Shown here piece after piece: positions 1 through 8,453 of a stretch of 32,000 nucleotides of DNA. Position numbers and translations under genes: made by a program. Positions within the stretch are counted from its first letter, which is position 1; every line of letters starts with the position of its first letter. The DNA comes from Bacteroidales bacterium (GTDB taxonomy: Bacteria > Bacteroidota > Bacteroidia > Bacteroidales > UBA932): the NCBI GenBank assembly GCA_017469745.1, contig JAFUFS010000051.1:15222-47221 (forward strand). The letters run 5' to 3'. Under the pieces are notes generated by a model, which had not been told where the DNA came from, did not search any database, and was given only the letters and a program-made list of their open reading frames with translations.

Positions 1-2
1 TC

Positions 3-440
3 TGGGCAGCTTGTGGCATCAACCGCGAAGACGGAAGACTGACAGCTCCGACAGCAATCAACAGCCAGGACATCCGGCTCTATGTCTGCCGCAAGGAAGG
101 TGCCTATGAATATATTGCCAAGGACAACGCCCTTGTCAAGGTAAGCGGCAAGGACCTTCGTCAGGATGTGGCGGCCGGCCAGGGGACTGTTGGAGAAGCT
201 CCCATGTTCCTCGTCCTGGTTGCCGATCTCAACAGGTACAACCGTCCCGGCCCAAGGACCGCCACCTTCGGTGCCATTGACTGCGGTTACGTGTCCCAGA
301 ACATCTGCCTGGCATGCGAGGCTCTCGGCCTTTCGACCGTCCCAAGGGCGATAATGAACCAGGATGTACTGAAAAAGGAGCTCGGCCTCAAGGAAGGCAT
401 GGAACTCCTTATCAATCATCCGGTTGGCTACAAGAAATAA
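3..440 (+). CDS. Nitroreductase family protein (SagB/ThcOx-like), C-terminal part; 5' end outside window
   Basis: Frame 3 is open from base 3 (WAACGINREDGRLTAPTAINSQDIRLYVCRKEGAYEYIAKDNALVKV...) into ORF 168..440. LWAACGINR-type and SQNICLACEALGL...NHPVGYKK motifs are typical of nitroreductases. Confidence 0.85.
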   Translation, partial: WAACGINREDGRLTAPTAINSQDIRLYVCRKEGAYEYIAKDNALVKVSGKDLRQDVAAGQGTVGEAPMFLVLVADLNRYNRPGPRTATFGAIDCGYVSQNICLACEALGLSTVPRAIMNQDVLKKELGLKEGMELLINHPVGYKK

Positions 441-2036
441 TCAGGCTTTCAGTGTCCTGGCGGAATTAAGCACGGCCAGGACAAGGACTCCAACATCGGC
501 TACCACTGCCATCCACATGGTCGCAAGACCGGGGATGGCCAGGAGCAGGACAAGGACCTTCAGGGCAATCGAGAATGCAGTGTTCTCCTTAGCTATCCTG
601 AGGGTCTTTTTCGCTATCTTGATTCCCTCTGCGAGCTTGGAAGGCTTGTCGTCCATCAGCACCACGTCGGCAGCTTCAATGGCCGCATCTGAGCCGAGCG
701 CTCCCATTGCTATTCCTACATCTGCCCTCGCCAGGACAGGTGCGTCATTGATTCCGTCTCCGGCGAATGCCAGCTTCCTGCCTTCAGGTACTTCGGAGGC
801 CAGCCTTTCTACTTCCTCCACCTTGCCGTCGGGGAGAAGTCCGGCCTTATATTCATCGACTCCGGTGACTGAGGCGACTTCAGCTGCGACTTCCTCCTTG
901 TCTCCTGTGAGCATTACGGTCTTTCTGATTCCGCTTGCTTTCAATGCGCTGACGGCGGAAGCTGCATCGTCCTTGATCCTGTCGGAGACCACGATGTGGC
1001 CGGCATATTCACCGTCCAGGCTCACATGGACGATCGTTCCGCTCTTCTCGCAGTCCTTCCATGCAGCTCCGACAGCTTCCATCATCCTGCTGTTCCCGAC
1101 GCAGACATCATGGCCGTTCACCCTGGCCTTGACGCCCTGTCCGGCAACTTCCTCGACGGCTTCCACTGTGCATCCGTCCGCTTCTTCAGGATAAGCGTTC
1201 CTTAACGAGACTGCCACGGGGTGGGTTGAATATCTTTCCACATGGGCCGCGAGGTGGAGAAGCTCCTTTTCATCCAGCTTTTCAGGATGAACGGCGGTAA
1301 CCTCGAACACTCCTTGGGTGAGGGTGCCGGTCTTGTCGAAGACCACTGTGTCAAGCTTCGAAAGGGCCTCCAGATAATTGGATCCTTTCACCAGGATACC
1401 CTTTCTGGATGCTCCTCCGATTCCTCCGAAAAAGGCCAGAGGGATCGACACCACAAGGGCGCAGGGGCAGGAAACGATCAGGAAGGTGAGGGCCCTGTAG
1501 AGCCATTTGGCAAAGGTCCCTGCGAAATCGCCCGAAATCATCGGGGGAACGAAGGCCAGTACGAGGGCTGCGGCAACCACTATGGGGGTGTACACGCGTG
1601 CGAACCTTGTGATGAAGTTCTCGCTGGTGGATTTGTTGGAAGAGGCGTTCTCCACGAGGTCCAGGATCTTGGAGGCTGTAGACTCTCCGAATTCCTTGGT
1701 GACCCTGGCCCTGACCACTCCGGACAGGTTCACGCAGCCGGAGAGTATGCTGTCTCCTACGGAAATACCGCGGGGAACGCTTTCTCCGGTCAGGGCCACT
1801 GTGTCAAGGCTGGAACTTCCTTCAAGTACAGTTCCGTCCATAGGGACTTTCTCGCCGGGTTTCACCACTATTATTTCTCCGACCTTTACTTCTTCGGGGG
1901 AGACGCAGACCACTTCTCCGCCCCTTTCGACATTGGCAGTGTCCGGCCTGATGTCCATCAGTGATGAGATCGAATCCCTGCTTCTTCCTTCGGCCATCTC
2001 TTCGAAGAATTCTCCGACCTGGAAGAACAGCATCAC
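441..2036 (-). CDS. Heavy-metal-translocating P-type ATPase (Zn/Cd type), main C-terminal fragment; in-frame coding extends to about 2051 before the frameshift
   Basis: TGES, SCPCALV, DKTGTLT and GDGINDAPVLARADVGIAMG motifs in the 531-aa ORF. Confidence 0.9.
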   Translation of the reverse strand: MMLFFQVGEFFEEMAEGRSRDSISSLMDIRPDTANVERGGEVVCVSPEEVKVGEIIVVKPGEKVPMDGTVLEGSSSLDTVALTGESVPRGISVGDSILSGCVNLSGVVRARVTKEFGESTASKILDLVENASSNKSTSENFITRFARVYTPIVVAAALVLAFVPPMISGDFAGTFAKWLYRALTFLIVSCPCALVVSIPLAFFGGIGGASRKGILVKGSNYLEALSKLDTVVFDKTGTLTQGVFEVTAVHPEKLDEKELLHLAAHVERYSTHPVAVSLRNAYPEEADGCTVEAVEEVAGQGVKARVNGHDVCVGNSRMMEAVGAAWKDCEKSGTIVHVSLDGEYAGHIVVSDRIKDDAASAVSALKASGIRKTVMLTGDKEEVAAEVASVTGVDEYKAGLLPDGKVEEVERLASEVPEGRKLAFAGDGINDAPVLARADVGIAMGALGSDAAIEAADVVLMDDKPSKLAEGIKIAKKTLRIAKENTAFSIALKVLVLLLAIPGLATMWMAVVADVGVLVLAVLNSARTLKA

Positions 2037-2329
2037 GAAGACGGCTTCGGGAACTGGCTTTCAGCGCCTGGGAGGAAGCCGATGCAGAGGGCCCCGAGGG
2101 TGGCTATGCTCATCAGGAAGTCTTCGTCCAGCAGTTCTCCATGGAAGAGTTTCTCCGCAGCTTCCATAAGGGTTTCGCTGCCGGCGATGAGGTAGGGAAC
2201 CAGGAACAGAAGCAGTTCCTGCCACGTTTTAAGGTTTGCCGTCTTGCTTATCACGACAGCCGCTACCAGCAGCACTGCGCTCGCGACTATCTTCACCAAT
2301 CTCTCTTTGTTCTCCTTTTCCATTTTCAT
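2033..2329 (-). CDS. N-terminal fragment of the same P-type ATPase (likely start MKMEKENKERL...), separated by a frameshift
   Basis: ...MSIATLGALCIGFLPGAESQFP then a frame break. The expected continuation EAVFVMLFFQVGEFFEE is encoded in the -1 frame. Confidence 0.8.
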   Translation of the reverse strand: MKMEKENKERLVKIVASAVLLVAAVVISKTANLKTWQELLLFLVPYLIAGSETLMEAAEKLFHGELLDEDFLMSIATLGALCIGFLPGAESQFPKPSS

Positions 2330-2414
2330 TCTTTTTTCTTTCACTGCCAGTACAAAGGTCGGAAGAAAGGTGTGCAACCGGGTTGCAAAGTGAAAAAATT
2401 GCTATATTTAGAGT

Positions 2415-3239
2415 ATGAAAGAAGAAGTTAAGGTCGTGCTCCTGACGGGAGGCAGCAGCGGAATCGGGGCTGCGGCAGCCCGGCTGATGTGCCAGGCAGG
2501 AATGACAGTCTACGCGGCATCAAGGAGCGGAAAGGCCCCGGAAGGATATTCAGGAAACGGGAATATCTTTCCTGTGGTGATGGATGTCAATGACGAAGCT
2601 GCCATCCGGGAGGTGGTCGAAAGGATCCTTTCTGAGCAGGGAAGGCTCGACGCGGTGGTCTGCAATGCCGGGAACGGGATAGCCGGTCCAATTGAAGAAA
2701 CTTCGATCGAGGAGATCGAAACCCAGTTCAGGACCACTTTCTATGGAGTTGTCAAGACAATCGATGCCTGCCTTCCGGTGTTCAGGGAGCAGAAGCACGG
2801 TCGGGTGATCACCATCTCCTCAGTGGCTGCGGTGGCCCCGCTCCCTTACCAGGGATTCTATTCAGCAGTCAAGGCCGGCATCCTTAACCTCACCAAGGCC
2901 CTGGCGATAGAGACCAGGCCTTTCGGCATCCAGTGCTGCTCGATCCTGCCCGGAGATGTCCGGACCGGCTTCACTGCTGCAAGGAAAGTGGCTCTCAAGG
3001 CCCAGGCAGAAGATTCTCCCTATCGCAAGCGTACTGTCCGAGGCATTGCGGCCATGTCGAAGGATGAACAGGAGGGGATGGAGCCTGAGGTGATCGGAAA
3101 AGCCATCCTCAAGCAACTCAGAAGGCGGCGGATGCGGCCGGAGGTCACTCCGACATTCATCTACAGCCTGCTTGTGTGGGCCATCAGAAGATTCCCGCAG
3201 AGTTTCGTGCTCCGCGTGATCGGTAAATTATATTCATAG
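2415..3239 (+). CDS. SDR-family NAD(P)-dependent oxidoreductase
   Basis: TGGSSGIG cofactor motif, NAGNG, and YQGFYSAVKAG (YxxxK) catalytic motif. Confidence 0.92.
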   Translation: MKEEVKVVLLTGGSSGIGAAAARLMCQAGMTVYAASRSGKAPEGYSGNGNIFPVVMDVNDEAAIREVVERILSEQGRLDAVVCNAGNGIAGPIEETSIEEIETQFRTTFYGVVKTIDACLPVFREQKHGRVITISSVAAVAPLPYQGFYSAVKAGILNLTKALAIETRPFGIQCCSILPGDVRTGFTAARKVALKAQAEDSPYRKRTVRGIAAMSKDEQEGMEPEVIGKAILKQLRRRRMRPEVTPTFIYSLLVWAIRRFPQSFVLRVIGKLYS

Positions 3240-3355
3240 AACAACTGTTCGTCGATCGATATTGGAGGTTCGTCGACTTGTTGGCTCCAGGGATTAAACC
3301 CAAAGCATAGTTGCTTGTCAAACAATCGGTTGAACCAATAAAACGAGATAAAAAA

Positions 3356-3937
3356 ATGAAAAGGACACTATTAATCGCAACAGCACTTTTGCTGTCAGTC
3401 GGTGCCTTCGCACAGGAGAACCGTCAGGGATTCCAGAGGCCCGATGAAGCTACCATGATCAAGATGCGCACTGAGCGCATGGCCCAGCAGCTCGGTCTCG
3501 ATGAGGCCCAGACTGCAAAGCTTCTTGAACTGAACCAGAAGTACCCCAATGCCATGATGGGAGGTCCCGGAGGCCCTGGTATGGGCAGACCGTCCAGAGA
3601 GGCAAGGGATGAGCAGAACGCGACAGACGAGAATGCCAACGGAAAGAAGGTAAAGAAAGCCAAGAAGGCCAAGAAAGCCGAGAAAGCCGAAGGTGAAACC
3701 AATGATCGCGAATCCAGGATGAAAGAAATGCAGGCTTCCATGGAGGCTTATGAGACTGAACTCAAGGGCATCCTGACGGAAGAGCAGTTCAAGACCTGGC
3801 AGGAGAACAGGAACAGGCGCCCTGAAGGACGCGGCCCCGGCGGTCCCGGTGGTCAAGGACGTCCCGGAGGCCGTGGAGGTTTCGGCCAGGGTGGTAACTT
3901 TGGCGGAGGAAACTTCGGCGGAGGAGAAGAATTTTAA
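3356..3937 (+). CDS. Secreted Spy/CpxP-like or DUF4890-like protein with Lys/Ala-rich segment and Gly-rich tail
   Basis: Signal peptide MKRTLLIATALLLSVGAFAQ; helical EQ-rich repeats (MAQQLGLDEAQTAKLLELNQKY ... LKGILTEEQFKTWQENR); GGPGGQGRPGGRGG... tail. Start moved from 3311 to the ATG at 3356. Confidence 0.75.
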   Translation: MKRTLLIATALLLSVGAFAQENRQGFQRPDEATMIKMRTERMAQQLGLDEAQTAKLLELNQKYPNAMMGGPGGPGMGRPSREARDEQNATDENANGKKVKKAKKAKKAEKAEGETNDRESRMKEMQASMEAYETELKGILTEEQFKTWQENRNRRPEGRGPGGPGGQGRPGGRGGFGQGGNFGGGNFGGGEEF

Positions 3938-3943
3938 TAATAT

Positions 3944-5056
3944 ATGAAGAAACTCGGATTCGGACTTATGCGGCTCCCCATTGTGGATCCGCGCAACCCC
4001 AAATCTATAGACATCGACCATTTCAAGAAGATGGTCGATGTCTTCATGGATAGGGGATTCACTTATTTCGACACGGCGTACACCTACCATCAGAGCAAGA
4101 GCGAGTCGGCTTTCCGCGTCGCTGTCAAGGAGAGGTATCCTCGTGAAAGTTTCACCATCACGGACAAGATGCCCATGTGGGAAGTCCGGCAGGAGTCGGA
4201 CTATGAGCGTCTGTTCAAGGTCCAGCTGGAGCGGACCGGAGTGGACTATTTCGACTACTACTGGTTCCACACGCTCAACAAGGGCTATGTCGACGTCCTG
4301 GACAGGACCAACGGATGGGATTTCATGCTCAGGAAGCAGAAGGAAGGCCGGATAAAGAACATCGGTTTCTCCTTCCACGACGATTCCCCGACTCTCGAAC
4401 GTATCCTGAGGGAGCACCCTGAGATGGAACATGTCCAGCTTCAGATCAACTACGTCGACTGGGATTCACCGTCCATCGAATCAGGCAAGTGCTACGAACT
4501 CTGCGAAAAATACGGCCGCAAGGTGATCGTCATGGAACCTGTCAAAGGCGGTTCTCTCGCAACCGTCCCTGCGGAAGTGGAATCCATATTCAAGGAGCAT
4601 TCTCCAGAGGCGTCTCCTGCTTCGTGGGCGATCCGTTTCGCGGCATCCTTGCCGAACGTGATGATGGTCCTGAGCGGCATGAGCGAACTCTCACAGGTCG
4701 AGGACAACACTTCCTACATGCAGGATTTCAAGCCTCTTGACGAGGCTGAGCAGCTGATCATGGCCAGGGCGGCGGGGATCATCAAGAATTCCATCGCCAT
4801 CCCTTGCACTTCCTGCCACTACTGCACGGACGGCTGTCCGATGAACATAGCGATCCCTGAATATTTTGCCCTCTACAATTCCCTTAAACAGTTCGGAAAG
4901 ACTTCGGCCTTCAACAGCCGCTTCTATTTCAACCGCCTTTCAGAATACAGAGGGAAGCCATCAGACTGCATCGAGTGTGGCCAATGCGAGGAACATTGTC
5001 CCCAGCATCTGCCTATCATCAGCAATCTGAAGCTGGTAAAGGAAGAATACGAATAA
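3944..5056 (+). CDS. Aldo/keto reductase with C-terminal 4Fe-4S domain
   Basis: GFGLMRLPI...TYFDTAYTYH start; C-terminal CTSCHYCTDGCPMNI and CIECGQCEEHCPQHL clusters. Confidence 0.92.
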   Translation: MKKLGFGLMRLPIVDPRNPKSIDIDHFKKMVDVFMDRGFTYFDTAYTYHQSKSESAFRVAVKERYPRESFTITDKMPMWEVRQESDYERLFKVQLERTGVDYFDYYWFHTLNKGYVDVLDRTNGWDFMLRKQKEGRIKNIGFSFHDDSPTLERILREHPEMEHVQLQINYVDWDSPSIESGKCYELCEKYGRKVIVMEPVKGGSLATVPAEVESIFKEHSPEASPASWAIRFAASLPNVMMVLSGMSELSQVEDNTSYMQDFKPLDEAEQLIMARAAGIIKNSIAIPCTSCHYCTDGCPMNIAIPEYFALYNSLKQFGKTSAFNSRFYFNRLSEYRGKPSDCIECGQCEEHCPQHLPIISNLKLVKEEYE

Positions 5057-5066
5057 TCCTGCAGTC

Positions 5067-6227
5067 TCAGGAACGCCTGAACAACTTGTCGATCACCAGG
5101 GCGATGGCTCCGTCGCCGGTGACATTGCACGCTGTTCCGAAATTGTCCATCGTGATGTAGAGAGCGATCATCAGGGCCTGCTCCTGTTCTCCGAATCCGA
5201 GCATTGAAGCAAGCACACCAAGAGCTGCCATGATTGCACCTCCCGGTACTCCCGGGGCGGCTACCATCATCACTCCCAGCATCATGATGAAGCCCAGAAA
5301 CATCCAGAAATCGAACTGCATGCCCTGCATCATCATGAGGGCTACCGCGCAGGCTGTGATCTTGAGGCAGCTGCCGGAAAGATGGATCGTGGCGCAGAGC
5401 GGGACCGTGAATCCTGCGATCTCATCGCTGACACCGTTCTTCTTGGTACATTCCAGGGTCACGGGAATAGTGGCGGCTGAAGAAGAAGTACCCAGGGCGG
5501 TAAAGTAGGCCGGCAGCATCTTGCCAAGCAGTTTGAAAGGATTCCTGCGTACAATTCCTCCGGCAATGCTGTACTGGAAGACCAGCAGGAAGATGTGGAG
5601 CAGGAAGATCACTCCGATTATGGAGATGAAGACCTTTATCACGCCGAAGGCCTGGCCAGTGTAGGTCATGTTGAGGAATATGCCGAAGATGTAGACGGGG
5701 AGCAGGGGAATGATGACCACTTCGATGGCCTTCACGATTATGTCCTTGAACTCCTCGGAGAGTTTCTTTAGTTGGGGAGACCCGAAAAAGGCCATTCCCA
5801 GTCCCAAGGTGAATGCAAAGACCAGTGACGCCATGACGTCCACCATCGGTGGAATCTGGATGGTGAAGTAAGGCTCAAGGTTTTCGAATTCCGCTATCGA
5901 TGATGGTGTCGTGCCGCCGATGAGCTTAGGGAACACCGACACGCTCGTACCGTAAGACAGCAGACCCGCAAAGACAGTGTCGCAGTAGGCGATTATCACG
6001 GTGATAAGCAGCAGCTTGCCGGCTCCGTCCCCGATCTCTGCAATGGCCGGTGTGACCAGGCCGATGATGATCAGCGGGATCAGGAACTGAAGGAAGTTAC
6101 TGAATATGCTGTTGAAAGTTACGAAAAGCCGGACCATCGATTTCGGAAGGAACAGGCCGAAAACGATGCCCAGGATGATAGCGATAATGATCCGGGGAAG
6201 GAGCCCCAGGTGGAAACTTTTTTTCAA
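5067..6227 (-). CDS. Dicarboxylate/amino acid:cation symporter (DAACS family)
   Basis: Multi-TM protein with FLQFLIPLIIIGLVTPAIAEIG, SSSAATIPVTLEC and ATIHLSGSCLKI motifs. Confidence 0.9.
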   Translation of the reverse strand: MKKSFHLGLLPRIIIAIILGIVFGLFLPKSMVRLFVTFNSIFSNFLQFLIPLIIIGLVTPAIAEIGDGAGKLLLITVIIAYCDTVFAGLLSYGTSVSVFPKLIGGTTPSSIAEFENLEPYFTIQIPPMVDVMASLVFAFTLGLGMAFFGSPQLKKLSEEFKDIIVKAIEVVIIPLLPVYIFGIFLNMTYTGQAFGVIKVFISIIGVIFLLHIFLLVFQYSIAGGIVRRNPFKLLGKMLPAYFTALGTSSSAATIPVTLECTKKNGVSDEIAGFTVPLCATIHLSGSCLKITACAVALMMMQGMQFDFWMFLGFIMMLGVMMVAAPGVPGGAIMAALGVLASMLGFGEQEQALMIALYITMDNFGTACNVTGDGAIALVIDKLFRRS

Positions 6228-6292
6228 GGTCAGGGAGTGTTATCAATTTCCACAAATATGGTGAATTTTCACCAATTATGGAACAGACACAA

Positions 6293-7579
6293 TCACGAGA
6301 AGCGCCTTGGAAGGCGGAAAAGGATGGAAAGGCACGCTACTCCCAGCAGTATGAATGGATAGAACAGGTAGGGAATGATCTCGGTGGCGGATATTCCTGT
6401 AAAGCCTGAGGCCATGAGAAGCTGGGCTCCGTAGGGGATCAGGCCCTGGACTGCGCAGGAGAAGGTGTCCAGGATGGAAGCGGTCTTTCTGGGATCGAGC
6501 TTGAAGCGGTCCGTGATGTCCTTGGCGATATGGCCGGTCGTGAGGATGGCAATGGTGTTGTTGGCGGTGCAGAGATTTGAGACACCGACCAGGGCGGCGA
6601 TGCTGAATTCAGCCCCTCTCTTGCCTTTTATGCCCTTGGTGAGACCCTTGATGATGAAATCCAGTCCTCCGTTCTGCCTGATCAGTTCGAGCATTCCTCC
6701 GGCAAGCATGGTTACGATGATCAATTCTCCCATGTCGGCTATTCCTTCACCTACGCTGCTGAGGAAGCCTGTCCATGTGAGTCCGTCGGCAAACCCGATT
6801 ATACCGCAAAGGGCGAGTCCGAGGGCCAGGACCACCAGGACATTGATCCCGCACAAGGCCAATATGATCACGCTGAGGTAGGGGATCAGCTTCACTATGC
6901 TGATTTCCCCGATTTCAGGTGAAACATCCATGTTCAGGCCGATCACGACGTAGATCGCCGCGACGATGATGGCTGCAGGTCCTGCTATCCAGATGTTAGC
7001 TTTGAATTTGTCGGACATCGAGCACCCTTGGGTCGTAGTTGCGGCGATGGTGGTGTCTGAGATGAAGGAAAGGTTGTCACCGAAGAATGCACCTCCTACG
7101 ATCAGGGCTATGATCATCTGTAGGGAAATGTCTGACTGTGAGGCTATTCCTGAAGCTATCGGGGCGAGAGCAACGATCGTACCCACACTGGTACCTACCG
7201 ACATCGAGATGAAGCAGGCGGCCAGGAACAAGCCGGCAAGGATAAACTTCCCGGGGAGTATCCTCAATGTAAGGTTGACCGTGGCTTCGACGCTTCCGAT
7301 GGCTTTTGCCGTAGAAGCGAAGGCTCCTGCCATTATGAATATCCAGATCATCAGGAGCACTTTCTTGTTGCCGGCTCCGGACGAGAATGCATCGATACGG
7401 TCGGAGATGCTGCCGGGAGTGATGATGACAGCGTAGACCGAAGCCAGAAGGAAAGCGGAAGCTACAGGGACCTTGTAGAAATCGCCGCAGACGAGCGAGG
7501 TCACAAGGTATGTCAGCAGGAACACTGCCAACGGGCTGAGGGCCAGCCAGCCATTCATTTTTTTAGTATTCTCGGGCAT
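6293..7579 (-). CDS. nhaC: Na+/H+ antiporter NhaC family
   Basis: Multi-TM protein with SMSVGTSVGTIVALAPIA, GAFFGDNLSFISDTTIAATTTQGC and NLCTANNTIAILTTG motifs. Confidence 0.85.
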   Translation of the reverse strand: MPENTKKMNGWLALSPLAVFLLTYLVTSLVCGDFYKVPVASAFLLASVYAVIITPGSISDRIDAFSSGAGNKKVLLMIWIFIMAGAFASTAKAIGSVEATVNLTLRILPGKFILAGLFLAACFISMSVGTSVGTIVALAPIASGIASQSDISLQMIIALIVGGAFFGDNLSFISDTTIAATTTQGCSMSDKFKANIWIAGPAAIIVAAIYVVIGLNMDVSPEIGEISIVKLIPYLSVIILALCGINVLVVLALGLALCGIIGFADGLTWTGFLSSVGEGIADMGELIIVTMLAGGMLELIRQNGGLDFIIKGLTKGIKGKRGAEFSIAALVGVSNLCTANNTIAILTTGHIAKDITDRFKLDPRKTASILDTFSCAVQGLIPYGAQLLMASGFTGISATEIIPYLFYPFILLGVACLSILFRLPRRFS

Positions 7580-7600
7580 CGTTTTTTGTTAAGTCGCTTG

Positions 7601-7608
7601 CAAATATA
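7601..7608 (-). promoter_or_regulatory. Putative Bacteroidetes -7 box (TATATTTG on minus strand) for nhaC-like gene
   Basis: Plus-strand CAAATATA equals minus-strand TATATTTG, an exact match to TAnnTTTG. It lies 21 nt upstream of the ATG at 7579. No clear -33 box seen. Confidence 0.5.
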
Positions 7609-7623
7609 GGACTTTATTTTTCA

Positions 7624-7631
7624 TATCTTTG
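7624..7631 (+). promoter_or_regulatory. Putative Bacteroidetes -7 box (TATCTTTG) for the lipoprotein gene at 7655
   Basis: Exact TAnnTTTG match, 23 nt upstream of the ATG. Confidence 0.5.
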
Positions 7632-7654
7632 TAAACTAACAGCTTTTAATCGCA

Positions 7655-8449
7655 ATGAAGAACTCGATCATAATCCCGATAGCGTTGCTCCTTGCCTTCA
7701 TGGGAGCTGTTTCGTGCAATAGGAGCGAGACAGTCATAAGTACCTATGAGAACCAGGTCGAGCAGAAACTCGAGCAGAGCGATTCCGCCGGAGTGACTGT
7801 CATCCAGAGCATTGAATATCTTGAAAGCATGGAAGGAGGCAAGTCCCTCTGTGCCAAGGTCAACAACCTAGTCGTCAGGTTCTGCTTCGGGGATTCGTAC
7901 GACGGGTACGAACTCCGTCCGGCTTCCGAGGATTATGCTGCATCCCTGGTGGACGACTACAAGAAGGATGCAGGAGAGACCTTTGACGAAGATTCGGAGT
8001 CTTACTGGGCTTACAACTGGTCTTACCTGATGGCAGGAAGGTTCTCCGATTCCTACGGGGACCTTCAGACCTACACCGTCTATTCCGAGAACTATCTGGG
8101 CGGAGCCCATGGCATGCAGTCCCTTATCCCTCACGTGATAAACCTGAGGACGGGGGAGGAAGTCACTGAGGAGGATTTCTTTGCAGAAGGCTATGAGGAA
8201 CCCGTCGCCGGCCTTATCCGCGATGCCCTCCAGAAGGAATGGGGCTCTCCGGATGATCCCAGTTCGACGTATTGCATGATGGAAGAAGAAGGGATGGTGC
8301 CGAACGGCTTCTACGGAGTATCCGAGGAAGGCGTCACCTGGTACTACCAGCCCTATGTCATTGCGAGCTATGCCCAGGGAGTGATTGAGGCAAAGGTCCC
8401 CTGGTACCTGCTGAAGCCCTATATCTCAAAGGAATTCTCCAAGTTCTGA
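7655..8449 (+). CDS. RsiV/DUF3298-like lipoprotein
   Basis: Lipobox-type leader (LAFMGAVSCNR); YLGGAHGMQSLIPHVINLRTGEEVTEEDFF and FYGVSEEGVTWYYQPYVIASYAQG typical of the DUF3298/RsiV fold. Confidence 0.8.
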   Translation: MKNSIIIPIALLLAFMGAVSCNRSETVISTYENQVEQKLEQSDSAGVTVIQSIEYLESMEGGKSLCAKVNNLVVRFCFGDSYDGYELRPASEDYAASLVDDYKKDAGETFDEDSESYWAYNWSYLMAGRFSDSYGDLQTYTVYSENYLGGAHGMQSLIPHVINLRTGEEVTEEDFFAEGYEEPVAGLIRDALQKEWGSPDDPSSTYCMMEEEGMVPNGFYGVSEEGVTWYYQPYVIASYAQGVIEAKVPWYLLKPYISKEFSKF

Positions 8450-8453
8450 TCCC

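Noticed and set aside
424-1194. 256-aa plus-strand ORF antisense to the P-type ATPase
   Set aside because: Low-complexity Ser/Ala/Thr composition typical of antisense frames in GC-rich DNA; the minus strand encodes clear ATPase motifs.
2033-2060. Programmed ribosomal frameshifting in the P-type ATPase, as known for E. coli copA
   Set aside because: The junction cagttcccgaag has no X_XXY_YYZ slippery heptamer, and the shift is in the middle of the conserved membrane region rather than after a metal-binding domain. A 1-nt indel is simpler.
3395-4432. 345-aa minus-strand ORF overlapping the secreted protein and aldo/keto reductase
   Set aside because: Fully antisense to two well-supported genes, with no recognisable domain.
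6259-6274. TGGTGAATTTTCACCA hairpin between two minus-strand transporter genes
   Set aside because: 7-bp stem with a 2-nt loop and no T-tract in the right place; could be an operator but too weak to call.
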